This document shows positions 13,242-23,820 of a DNA stretch of 64,000 nt, piece after piece. A model generated the notes under the pieces. The model was not told where the DNA came from. It did not search any database and worked only from the letters and a program-made list of their open reading frames with translations. The position numbers and the translations under genes were made by a program. Source of the stretch: Felis catus (Eukaryota); assembly GCF_018350175.1 (NCBI RefSeq), contig NC_058368.1:26600001-26664000 (forward strand), read 5' to 3'. Numbering within the stretch: position 1 is the first letter of the stretch; each line of letters begins with the position of its first letter.

Positions 13242-13488
13242 CTGGGTCCCACAGATGCAAAGATAAGTGAGCTTTCCATGCACATAGTCAGTAGGTGACC
13301 TGTGATTACACACACACACTAGTGCAAGGAAGACAGGGACAAGGCACAGTGATGGAGGTGGTGGACCCTGTCCAGGAGCTGTGTTGGTCTCACCAGGCCC
13401 TGGAAGACAGAACAGAAGGACAACAAAGGTATGAAACAACTCATTGTGTCAGAGAGCTGCAATGCCTGGGTATGGCTGGTGCAAATGG

Positions 13489-13494
<6 letters not shown>

Positions 13495-13540
<46 letters not shown>
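13495..13540. repeat. (TG)n microsatellite
   Basis: Direct reading. Confidence 0.95.
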
Positions 13541-13684
13541 TGGGTGTGTGTAGGAACGTGGGGATATAGGGAAAGTAGGGGCCTTGGTGCGAGAAAACGC
13601 AGACAAGATAGAGAGCTCTGGATGGTCACCACAGGGCTCAGAGTGTCCTTTATATGACCAAACACTGGCAACAGTAGGTTTCAC

Positions 13685-13698
13685 CTATTTAAATCTTC
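13685..13698 (-). CDS. Candidate 14-nt micro-exon
   Basis: cttcccag|GAAGATTTAAATAG|gtgaaa; EDLN(R); a competing AG 8 nt upstream would break the frame. Confidence 0.35.
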
Positions 13699-14091
13699 CT
13701 GGGAAGCTGAAACTTTATGTATAAACTATTGCTTGGTCTTTGCGGAGTGTGTGGGTATCTCTGCGTCTCCTTAGAGCGTCCAAGCTGATGGGAGAGAATG
13801 ATCTCTGATGCTTATGTGGTTTCTTGTCTGTGTTCCTCTCTGCTGTGAGCAACCTCAGTGCAAAATCTCCCTGGTCTCTGAGCAGAATGAGCACAACAGA
13901 GCTTTACTGAACGAATGTATGTGTGTATAGATGCATATATGGATGTATAGATTTAGGTGAGGATGGATAGATGAACAGACAGATGGACAGGTAGATGTCT
14001 AGAGTCCTACAAATGTCTTTACGCCCCACCACTCTCTCCTAAGGGGGCAAAACCCATCGTTACCCCTGTATTTGTTTATCATTAGCCTTAC

Positions 14092-14127
14092 AGTCTCCCA
14101 CAGGCACAGAGCCCAGAAGAAATCAAT
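14092..14127 (-). CDS. Candidate 36-nt exon
   Basis: ccttgtctcctttcattccag|ATT...GAGACT|gtaagg; IDFFWALCLWET. Confidence 0.5.
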
Positions 14128-14467
14128 CTGGAATGAAAGGAGACAAGGCTGGAGCCTCAGAAGAACTTAGAAAGGAGCCTGGTCAGAGCTTATCCGAAGT
14201 ACAGCCAGCACAGACTCTGAGGCCCAGGAGGAGGAAGAGCTAGAAGCCTCTGCAGACCCTTGGGCTCTCGTGTGCTCTGCAGCTGGCAGAACGGGCCCAG
14301 TCCCAGGACATCATGAACATTGCTGCCGCAGAATGCCTTGGGAGCCAAAAGATTTGATAAAGCCCAAATCAGAGCAGATAAAAGGCAGTTATGTTCCCAC
14401 ACCCTGGGCTCCTGCCACCCTGCGGCTCCCCGGGGATGTACTTGTGGCATTTGGATGTTTCTCTCAC

Positions 14468-14473
14468 AAAGGC
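14468..14473 (-). CDS. Candidate 6-nt micro-exon (strong acceptor, donor uncertain)
   Basis: gtttttctctctccag|GCCTTT|gtgaga; AF. Confidence 0.3.
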
Positions 14474-14822
14474 CTGGAGAGAGAAAAACAGCCACTCAAC
14501 AACTAATAAATTATCCACCATGTCACTGCTTCTGCTGGTCTCATTCTGACACTTCTGTCCTTCTGAATGTAGACAATAATTATCTTCTAATTGCTTAGAT
14601 AATCTTGTTCATGGAGCTACAGCAATGACAAAAAGCTCTCGTTTGTTATTGCTTGTTCTGGGTGTTGATTCAAGCTGAATTATGCCTTGGTTACAAACAT
14701 GATTCTCCTCTGAAGAGCAGAGCACCCACACCCCACTCCTACTAAGCAAGGTCTTTGGAGGCCGGGAGGGGGTGTCACAGCATATTTCTTGCCTCTGTCT
14801 TGGCCCAAGGGCTGCACCTGAC

Positions 14823-14850
14823 TTCTGGGAGGTCACTAATCAGCCTTTCC
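14823..14850 (-). CDS. Candidate 28-nt exon
   Basis: ctttgattccttgttcag|G...CCAGAA|gtcagg; ERLISDLPE; weak donor. Confidence 0.25.
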
Positions 14851-15329
14851 CTGAACAAGGAATCAAAGCGGGGTCCGTGTGTATTTGAGGGCAACTCTCA
14901 AATACAGAATAAGTGCAGGAAGGCAGTGAGGGTATCCAAGTCCCCATCCCTCTAATAGTGGATATTCCTGGAATTCTGAACCAGATTTTGATCCTGCCTG
15001 CCATTATCTCTTTTTTTCAGAGCACAGAATTGAATGACAGAAAAACATCACAAATCATTGACTTAAGTAGTATTCACTGCTTAATGCTGGATGAAATATA
15101 GTCTTTGAGAAGACTGTATCATTTCCTGCAATATGAGTACAAATTACGCATTGAGGCACCATGAATATACAGAATATATGGAAATATGAGGGAGCGGTGC
15201 AAGTCAGACACAGCAATGAGCATGGATTTTCAGAGCAACAGTCAAATGGAAAATGCTTGAGAAAAATACCTGAGTGTGAGCTGAAGGTCAGAAGGTCGGG
15301 CTTGGAGATCTAAGCTGCTGGACTGATTA

Positions 15330-15900
15330 TTTGGTTCATTTGTCCAACTCTATTTATTGAGGATCTATTAAGTGACAAGGACCAAATGAGGCAAAGAGTT
15401 TTCAAAAAGAATAAAACACTGCCCTTGGCTTTGAGAAGCTCACACGCTGGTGAGAACTGAAGTATGAATGTACTGTACAATTAGAGTATAACAGCACACA
15501 GAAAGGAGGAATATTAGGAAAGCACCAAGGAAAGACAGATGGACTCAGCCCGAGGAGGTAGAAACCCCATTTGAACTGGGCCTAGAAGGGTTGGTGAGCT
15601 TCTGATAACTTTGCTGAGGGCATTTCAGGCCTAGAAGCTGAAAGAATAAGGAGTCATTAAAAGAATGTGAAACCATTGTGACCAAAGAGAATGTGAAGGG
15701 AGGCACAGAGGGAATGTGGCTGGAAAGAGGTTGGGGCTAGTTCTGGAAGGTTCTGAGTATCCTGTGATGGATGTGGGCTTTTACTTCAAAGGTGCTAAGT
15801 GGGGAGAGGGCATTAAGAGATTCACTCTTGCCAGTGTGGAGGGGAATCCATTGACAGGGGGAAGGCAGGAACCAGAGACAAGTAGGAAAGTGACAGAATT
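15330..15900 (-). mobile_element. L2 remnant
   Basis: L2 3'-end-like tatttattgagg..tatta and a diverged purine-rich body; boundaries approximate. Confidence 0.6.
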
Positions 15901-16011
15901 TGTGCGGCAGAAGGAGCTTCCAGAGACCTATGAGGTGGAGGCTATTCGACCTTCATGTTTCTTTCTTTGTCTTTTCAGTGCTTTGGGGGCACTGTTACAC
16001 AGAGATGTTTT

Positions 16012-16058
16012 CTTTCTTTTTTTTTTTTTTAATTAAAAAAAATTTTTAATGTTTATTT

Positions 16059-16119
<61 letters not shown>

Positions 16120-16287
16120 CACAAGTGGGGGAGGGACAGAGAGAGAGGGAGACACAGAATCCAAAGCAGGCTCCAGACTCTGAGCTGTCAGCATGGAGCC
16201 CAACACAGGGCTCGAACTTGTGAACTGCGATATCATGACCTGAGCTGAAGTCGGACGCCCAGCAGATTGAGCCATCCAGGCGCCTCC
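16012..16287 (-). mobile_element. Can-SINE
   Basis: TSD acagagat(g/a)ttttct; long (GA)n. Confidence 0.95.
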
Positions 16288-16792
16288 ACAGAGATATTTT
16301 CTTATTGATCCTCTGGAACTGCTTATTCTGGAAACCTGCCCCCACATTCTTCTTGGGCCTCGAGATCTAGCCTCTATTTTCACAATTTCAGGGTGCACAC
16401 TATTTTTCGTCCTTGGCCAGGGATGGGAGACCCCAGGGTGCACACTCAGGTTAATGGAAGTTTCATATCATAGGTTAGACTCAACTTGAAGTCCCTCCCT
16501 TATGATCTCCATAGATATGCTTTGTCTTTTGGAGTTGACAACTTCTCACGTGAAGCTGAAGTTATTTGTATAAGGACATGGATCTCTCCTTAGTTTCTCT
16601 TTCAAGGGTGTTAATAATTCAGGGATCACGTCTCAGCTGGCCTATGAACACTGATTTATTGGACGTCTGCTGTTTACCCAATATTAAATATTGGGTCACA
16701 TCAACATTACGTGTTGTGTTCAATAGCCAAAGGAAGGTTCAGACCATGAGGAAGGCTCAGGTCAGGTGTTCATAGCAATAGGCAGTCCCTAC

Positions 16793-16840
16793 CTGGTGCT
16801 GACCTCATCCACCTTGAGCTGATGGTGAACATCTGTCCCT
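16793..16840 (-). CDS. Candidate 48-nt exon
   Basis: actttgcag|AGGG...CACCAG|gtaggg; phase 2-2 GTDVHHQLKVDEVST(R). Confidence 0.3.
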
Positions 16841-17431
16841 CTGCAAAGTCATGCTCACTTGCTTGGAGGACCGCTGATCACTCAGTATCCTCAGACTCCA
16901 TACACACAAACACCTGCCTGGGATAACTGTCATGTCGTTTCCAAACAATTTCTGTGAAAGGGGATAAATAGAAGTGCTCTCCAGGAGGCCTCGAAGAAAG
17001 CTCTGCTCTGGACCTCGACCTTTCCCTAATTTCTCCACCAAGGGTGTTAATAATACAGGGTTAATAATCAGTCCACCTATGATCACGGATTTATTGGACA
17101 CCTGCTGTTTACATATCACACTACTATTCCAGGTTGTGTTCAAGAAAGAGCCTAGACTGAGTCTCGGCAAAAGCTCCTTGTAATTCCTCCCACTGCCAGC
17201 AATGCTTGTCCCTATCTTAGAACAGCCCATGTGCTGCTGTGAAAAATAATCTTTCTTTAAGTGCTTGCAAAGCCTGATGCATATCAGTAACCTGCTCCCT
17301 GTCAATGGCCAGAGAAACAAGAGAAGGGCTAGTCTCTCAAATGCTTTTCAGATATAAATCTCCAACTGAGGAGAGCTTCTCCCTGGAGATGGTACACTGA
17401 TTTGCCTAAAAACAAACAAACCTACATTTAC

Positions 17432-17467
17432 CTGAGCCAGTTTTCTGTTTCCCAAAGGTAACATACT
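17432..17467 (-). CDS. Candidate 36-nt exon
   Basis: ttcattttattttattctccag|AGT...CTCAG|gtaaat; strong sites; phase 2-2 VCYLWETENWL(R). Confidence 0.4.
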
Positions 17468-17946
17468 CTGGAGAATAAAATAAAATGAAACTACACTGAT
17501 GCAGCATGTCCTGTGTATGTGAGTGTCTATTAAGCACCGTATAGATACCGTAGGGTCACACACACACAAAAACAAGACTTGGCCTCTGACCTCATAGGGC
17601 TTACATTTTACTTGAGGACACACAGAGCTGGATGAAACCTTTATAGGTCCTAACATGAAAAGATACAGTCCCTCCCACCCATATACAGATCAAAAATTTA
17701 AAGATCCCAGCAAAGTGTAAAACACAGAACTGCATGCATGATTTTCTGATTGCAAAATTCTGGACAAGTTAGTTGAATAGAAGCTGAACTTTTCTCATGT
17801 TTTTGTGCCCCTGTGTTATTGATTAAAGCACGTGCTTTGTCTGCCTCCTAGTAACCCAGATGGGGGCCTTAAATATCCATACCACAAGATACGAGACTGA
17901 TCCATATCAGACAATATTATAAGAAAAAAAGGACACGGTGGATCCC

Positions 17947-17985
17947 TGTGTCACTCAGAGTTCTCAAGAGAAACAGAACTAGTAG

Positions 17986-18030
<45 letters not shown>

Positions 18031-18557
18031 TATATATAGTATATTTATAGTACACATATATGTATATTATATATATATATACACACACACACACACATGC
18101 ATATGTACAGAAAGACAGAGAGATTTTGTATATATATATGTATATATACACATACATTTATATATATGTATGTATATGTATACATACATATGTATATATG
18201 GAGAGAGACAGAGACAAAGAGAAAAATGATTTATTGCAAGCAATTGGCTTAAGGGATTCTAAGGGTAACTGGCAAGTCTGAAATCCATAAGGCAGGTCAG
18301 CAGCAAACTGGAAACTCTCAGGTAGGGGCTGATGCTGCAGTCCACAGATGGAATTTTTTTTTTTCCTCAGGGAAACCTTAGTTTTGCTCTAAAGGCCTTT
18401 CAACTGATTACATAAAGCCCAGATTATCAAAGATAATCATTACTTAAAATCAATTTAGGTAGATGTTAATCACATCTACAAAATACTTCCACAGCAACCC
18501 CTAGTTCAGTACCTGACTACAGCCTGGCCAAGTAGACACATGACTCTGACCACAACA
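17947..18557 (-). mobile_element. MLT2-type ERVL solo LTR with internal (TA)/(CA) expansion
   Basis: tgtgtcactcagagttctcaagagaaacagaac + TA tract ... ggcctttcaactgatt ... gttaatcacatct ... gccaagtagacaca, matching reverse MLT2 as I recall it. Confidence 0.8.
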
Positions 18558-19109
18558 GTCCCCCCACAAAGGATTTGGACATGAGCAGAGTGGATGATCA
18601 GAAGGTATCCTAGGCTGTGAGAGCTGGAAGGGGATTTGGAGACCACCAAGTTCAATCCTTCCACACACAGGGAAAGGGCCTGTGGTGCTCGGTTTGTACA
18701 AAATCTTGAAAACTGATTTTCCCAACCCAGAAGTATGTTTTATGTGAGGAATTCAAAGGGATTGCTACAGAGGCCTGGGGTCTAGATTCTTTGTTGATCA
18801 AGGCCTGATGGAGCATAAGGTACACAACAGGTGTCCAAACAATATTTTTAAATGGGTCACAATGGGTATTAGAACTGAGCCTGAGGCTTAGTTCCGCCCT
18901 TTGAGGATAGGATCCAAGACTATCAGTTCACTGATAACTCTTTAGGGCCTAGCCCGGTTGTGGTATGTAATAGGTGCTCGAAAGCACTGGTGGAATTCAT
19001 GAATTGAATGAATGCATGGAATTTAGGCTAGGTGAATATGCAATATCCTGATTCTATCCATAGGAATGTAGATGCAAAAAGGAAATCTTTTAAGCATGAA
19101 ATATGGTAT

Positions 19110-19270
19110 TTTCTAGGTTTCCTCATCCGTCCAATGGAAATGGTAGTATATCACCTATTTAATAGCTGTATTCTAAGGACTATATGGGTAGATAGATAGA
19201 CCGATATAGATGTAGCATTTAGCACAACACTTGACATATAATAGGTGCTCAATAAATGGTAGTGGTTATT
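19110..19270 (+). mobile_element. MIR remnant
   Basis: gtttcctcatc..aatgg ... taggtgctcaataaatggtag. Confidence 0.75.
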
Positions 19271-19289
19271 ATAATCCACATCATTTCAC

Positions 19290-19704
19290 ACTACCCAATT
19301 CTAGTAGCTGCTGTTGGTGCCATACCTAGACTACTTTTACTAGCCACTGTACCCATCCCCCAGCTCTGGGAATTGAGTACTAACAGCTCACAGCTGCCCC
19401 CTTCCCCAGAGAATTGCTCTCCATTAAAACAAAGGTTGTATTCACCAGGCAGTTATGGTTCCCTCCTCCCAACAATTCACAGCCAGAGACTGGCGTATAG
19501 GAGAAATAAAGAGTTATCTTCCTTGTCTTAAGATGGTACCAATCCTAAAGCTCATGGTAATCAAATTGCAGCTGGGGTCACATCCTGGCATTTCCTCTGC
19601 CCTTTTCTGCTCACTCCCTTTCTTCTGAGAGCATGTCCTCAATAAATCACTTAGACAAGACTCCTTGTCTCAAGCTCTGCTTCTAGGGTATCCAACTTAA
19701 GACA
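19290..19704 (+). mobile_element. LTR16-type ERVL solo LTR
   Basis: 3' end caataaatcactt...tctcaagctctgcttctaggg..aacttaagaca typical of the LTR16 family. Confidence 0.7.
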
Positions 19705-20499
19705 CAAATAGTTACTTGGAGAGAGCTCTTCTTCCTGGCCTAAGCAATAATGAGCCATTTTGCTCATTGTGATTCTGCTATTCAGATCCTTGGGTAAGTC
19801 ACTTGATATTCCTAGCCAGAAGAGTCAAATGGCTTTGCCTCTGCAGCTGGTACCTGGCTCATCCACGTCAGACCTCCCCAACCAGAGAGGCCAAGATCTC
19901 TTTATCTTACATTTTGCCTAATTCTTTCTGGCCAAGTCTATCCAATTAGCCTGGCTTGCTCTTTAAACCAAATAATGATACTTTTGACCACCAAACTTGA
20001 ATTTCAGGGAAAACATTCATTCATCTCCAGTCAGCCAGCCAGCCAGCCAGCAGTTATGGAGGATTGTTCAAGTAGCCAGGTACTGTGCTAGATGCTGGAT
20101 GTGGCTACAAGCATAGACAGGATATAGTACTTGCCCTCCAGGAACTCATTCTGGAGGGAGAAATGGACAAATATGAGATTGTAAATGAAGTTTATGATCC
20201 ATGCTCTAATATGATGCTAGGAGAACACAGAAAAGCTACTAAATCAGGCTGGAGGTTCAAAACGGCTTGGTTTTTTTTATTGTGTTAACCTAACAAATAC
20301 ATAGAATAGATATCCCCTAAGAACACTGCACACCAGAATGGTTACTTCAAAGAATAAGGTGTTACAATGTAGAAAGATGTGTAGTTTTAAGCACAAAGAA
20401 TGGTTGCCTAGTGATGGGAAGAATAACAAGATATAAATGCAAAGGACGCTGCCTGCTGTGTTATTACTGCTGTAGCTTTGCTCCCACTCAAATGCTCAC

Positions 20500-20700
20500 T
20501 TCCTGGAGGCCCAAAGAAAGGGAAGCTGAATTATGGTTTCTGCCTGGGGACTGGCTAGATCAGTGGTAATCAAAGCCAACTTCTCCCACTGGCTTTCCAC
20601 CAACGTTGTGGCTGATGGCCCACAGACATAGGATGCAGGGGTCTCACTGCACGACTGCCCATTGTCGCGTATTCCTCCCATGCCATTCATCAATCTACTC
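20500..20700 (-). CDS. Candidate 201-nt exon (contains in-frame ATGs at 20690 and 20681)
   Basis: tcttgcag|G...AGGAA|gtgagc; one fully open frame, phase 2-2; ATG at 20681 has strong Kozak context GGCATGG. Confidence 0.3.
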
Positions 20701-21149
20701 CTGCAAGACATGTGGAGGTTATAGCATAACTATGAAGTTAGGGATGGTAATTGTTCTATGTTGATATTAGTGTGGCTGGTGCTAATGCAAAAATAATTAC
20801 TACTCTGTGTCTTTATGGCCATTTTCATTTGCCCTCTGGTGGTTATGTAGTTATTTGGCTATCGATGGTAATGACATAATGCATGGCAACTAATATTGCC
20901 TCAGCTATACAACTGGGGGGAGTCAAAAAGGAGGAGGTGTTTGGGAGAGGCTGGGACTTGATAAATAATTTATTTTTCTTGAGACTTTTTTTTTTTTTTT
21001 GTCTTTGCAAAGACTTTTCTTTGGCTGTAAGAATATGAAGTCCTAAGAATACCAGTGATCTGGTGATCAAAAACCTCAAGGTCTTAATGCACATGTCAGC
21101 TCTTTTGGTGATCATGTGCTGAAGTCTGAAAAATAAGTAAGGAGAGGTC

Positions 21150-21700
21150 ATGGTCTCTCTGAATGCCTCTTATCACTCAGTTGCCTGAGTTGTAAGCCTT
21201 GCAGTTTGTCTAGATTCTTCTCTCTTTCATATTCTCCTCTATAGTCTCCTCATTGGCAACAGAATAAAAGAAAAACTTCTTTCTGAGATGCTTCAAGATC
21301 TAATTTCTGCCCAGTCTTCTAACTTCACCTCCTTTCCCATTCCCTTGTCATTCCCAATGACTCACTGTTCTTCCCCAGCTTCATCATGCCCTTTCCTCAT
21401 ATGCTGCTTTTACTCTCTGGAGTGGCCTCATCCTTCAGATCTCAGATACCTCATCTGAGAGCCATCCCTGACTCTCTCAGGCAAACAAGATCGTATCACT
21501 CCTGCGCACTGGGTATTTTACCTAAAGCACAGAAACAACCACACTGTATTCTAATGGTGTGTTGGTTCACCTGTTTCCCCATAAGGCCACAAACTTCTAG
21601 AGGTTCATGAGGTTCTTCTCTCTTAATTTCCAGCGCCCAGCAAAGTGTCAGGCACATAGCAATTATTTAATATGTGCTGGAATAAATGAACAAAATGGGT
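21150..21700 (+). mobile_element. L2 remnant
   Basis: Pyrimidine-rich body ending ggcacatagcaattatttaatatgtgctggaataaatgaa; approximate. Confidence 0.6.
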
Positions 21701-23177
21701 TTCCTTCTCATGTGCTAGGTTCTTCTGGATTAAAATGACAGATAAATCAATTTTACTTTACAAGGATCATACGAGATGTTTTCATCAGCGTACAGTTGCA
21801 GTCACATAATCACTTCTTTTAGAAGGCCAGTTTCCCTTTCTTCATGGTCCTCACATATGCTGTTCCCTCTGCTTAGAACACTCTTACTTCCTCTCCATTT
21901 AATTCCAGTTTAAATGTATTCCTTAAAGAACCTCTGATTGAGCACCTTTCTAATTGCTATCAGACTAGGCTATGCCCTCTGTTATAAATTCCCATGGCAT
22001 CTGTGTGTTGTTTTCCATTTTATTAACGTAAATTATAATTAGAAAATGTTTGTTTAATTATTTAATAACTGTCTTATCTACAAAATATTAAACTCCTTGA
22101 ATGCAGGGGCTATATTTGTCCTATTCACCACTATGTTCCCGGGCCTGGCATATTGCCTTGCCTATAGAGAGTATACAATAAATATTCCAAATAAGGAACT
22201 GAAAAAGCCCCTAAGGCAAGACATACTTCTGATATCTACTTAGATGCACACATTAAAAGGTTACATAACTACATCTGTTTTCAGAGATAAGCTGAAGTGC
22301 ATGTTTTCTTACAGAAGATTTCAAGGAACACATGGAAACTTCATCAATATGGACTAAAGGGAATAGGGGAGAAGAAAATTTCCTTTAAATATGTAGTAAA
22401 TTTCAACTTCAGGCTTATTCTTCCATATCAGTTTAATTCAACATCTACTGAGCACCTACTATGTGCTAGGCACTGTCCTAGACTCAACACAGGGTCTACG
22501 AACATGAATACAACAAGGCACCTGACTTAAAGCCCTTTAAGAAATGTCTTTCTGTAGATTTAATAAATTCATGCTCACTCTAAGCACAAATTGTTTCTTT
22601 AAATCATGTGGTCGTCTCTGCCCTTTTCTGTGTAGAATGCTCTTCCCTGCCTGGACCATTTGGTTAATTATAATTCTTCTCTCCTACATCAAAACCTTTT
22701 AATAAGAGCACACCCTCGTTCCCTCCTTCATCCCCTCCTCTCTTTCCCCAGAATCCTACCCTCATGGCTCCTTCTCTGTGCTGTTCTCCTGTTCTCCCAG
22801 GCCTCCTTCCCATAACACTGTCCACAGTGTCATACTTACTCCTTTACTCCTATTCGGTGTGGTCTTCAGGACAGGGACCATCATTTTATTCTATCTCAGC
22901 ACAGTGACTGAGACACAGGAGATGCTCAATGATTTTTGTTACTGTTACAGTGAATGAGTAAATGAATACAACTAGTGTTTTTAATTAGATATCCTGCAAG
23001 ACTATTTTTAGTGGATTGTTTACAATTAGGAATACTCACTCTACAGAGATCTAGATCTCCGAAGTTCCTCAGTCTTTTTCCTTCAGTCAGGTAAGCTAAG
23101 CATCCCCTAATATATTTGAGATTCTAGAAGATTTAGCCACATAAAGTTACCATTGTTGTGCATCAAAAAATGATTGA

Positions 23178-23385
23178 GGAAGTGCCTAGGTGGCTCAGTC
23201 GATTAAGAATCAGACTTCAGCTCAGGTCACGATCTCGTGGTTCGTGAATTCGAGCCCTGCGTTGGGCTCTGTGCTGATAGCTGCTTCGGATTCTGTCTCC
23301 CTCTTTCTCTGCCCCTCCCCCGCTCATCCTCTGTCTCTGTCTCTGTCTCTGTCTCTCTCTCAAAAATAAACATTAAAAAAAAAAA
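23178..23385 (+). mobile_element. Can-SINE
   Basis: Head, (CT/GT)n, AATAAA and A-tail. Confidence 0.92.
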
Positions 23386-23577
23386 ACAACTGAGTATCAG
23401 CACTTCACATGTGTCAACTTAATACTTAGAAAATCCACTTGCTAATGATGGTGTCAAGGTGAACATCAAAGTGTCTATATTTAAATGTTTCGGATTCCAA
23501 ATGAAAGAACTGTTTTCCTTATCTCGGCCTGGGTCTCCCTGGCTTATGCCTTCCAAGCTATTCAGAAGGGTCTGCTA

Positions 23578-23820
23578 GGGGCGCCTGGGTGGCGCAGTCG
23601 GTTAAGCGTCCGACTTCAGCCAGGTCACGATCTCGCGGTCCGTGAGTTCGAGCCCCGCGTCCGGCTCTGGGCTGATGGCTCAGAGCCTGGAGCCTGTTTC
23701 CGATTCTGTGTCTCCCTCTCTCTCTGCCCCTCCCCCGTTCATGCTCTGTCTCTCTCTGTCCCAAAAATAAATAAACGTTGAAAAAAAAAAAAAAAAGAAT
23801 ATTTAAAAAAAAAAAAAAAA
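23578..23820 (+). mobile_element. Young SINEC_Fc-type Can-SINE
   Basis: CpG-intact body, long A-tail, perfect TSD agaagggtctgcta. Confidence 0.97.

Noticed and set aside
16805..17320. Longest ORF (171 aa, minus)
   Set aside because: No recognisable domain, spans the duplicated module, and is in a different frame from the candidate exon; likely chance
23485..23781. Recurrent ORFs such as MGQRETEHERGRGRERG and REFEPRVRLWADGSEPG
   Set aside because: Translations of Can-SINE bodies, not genes
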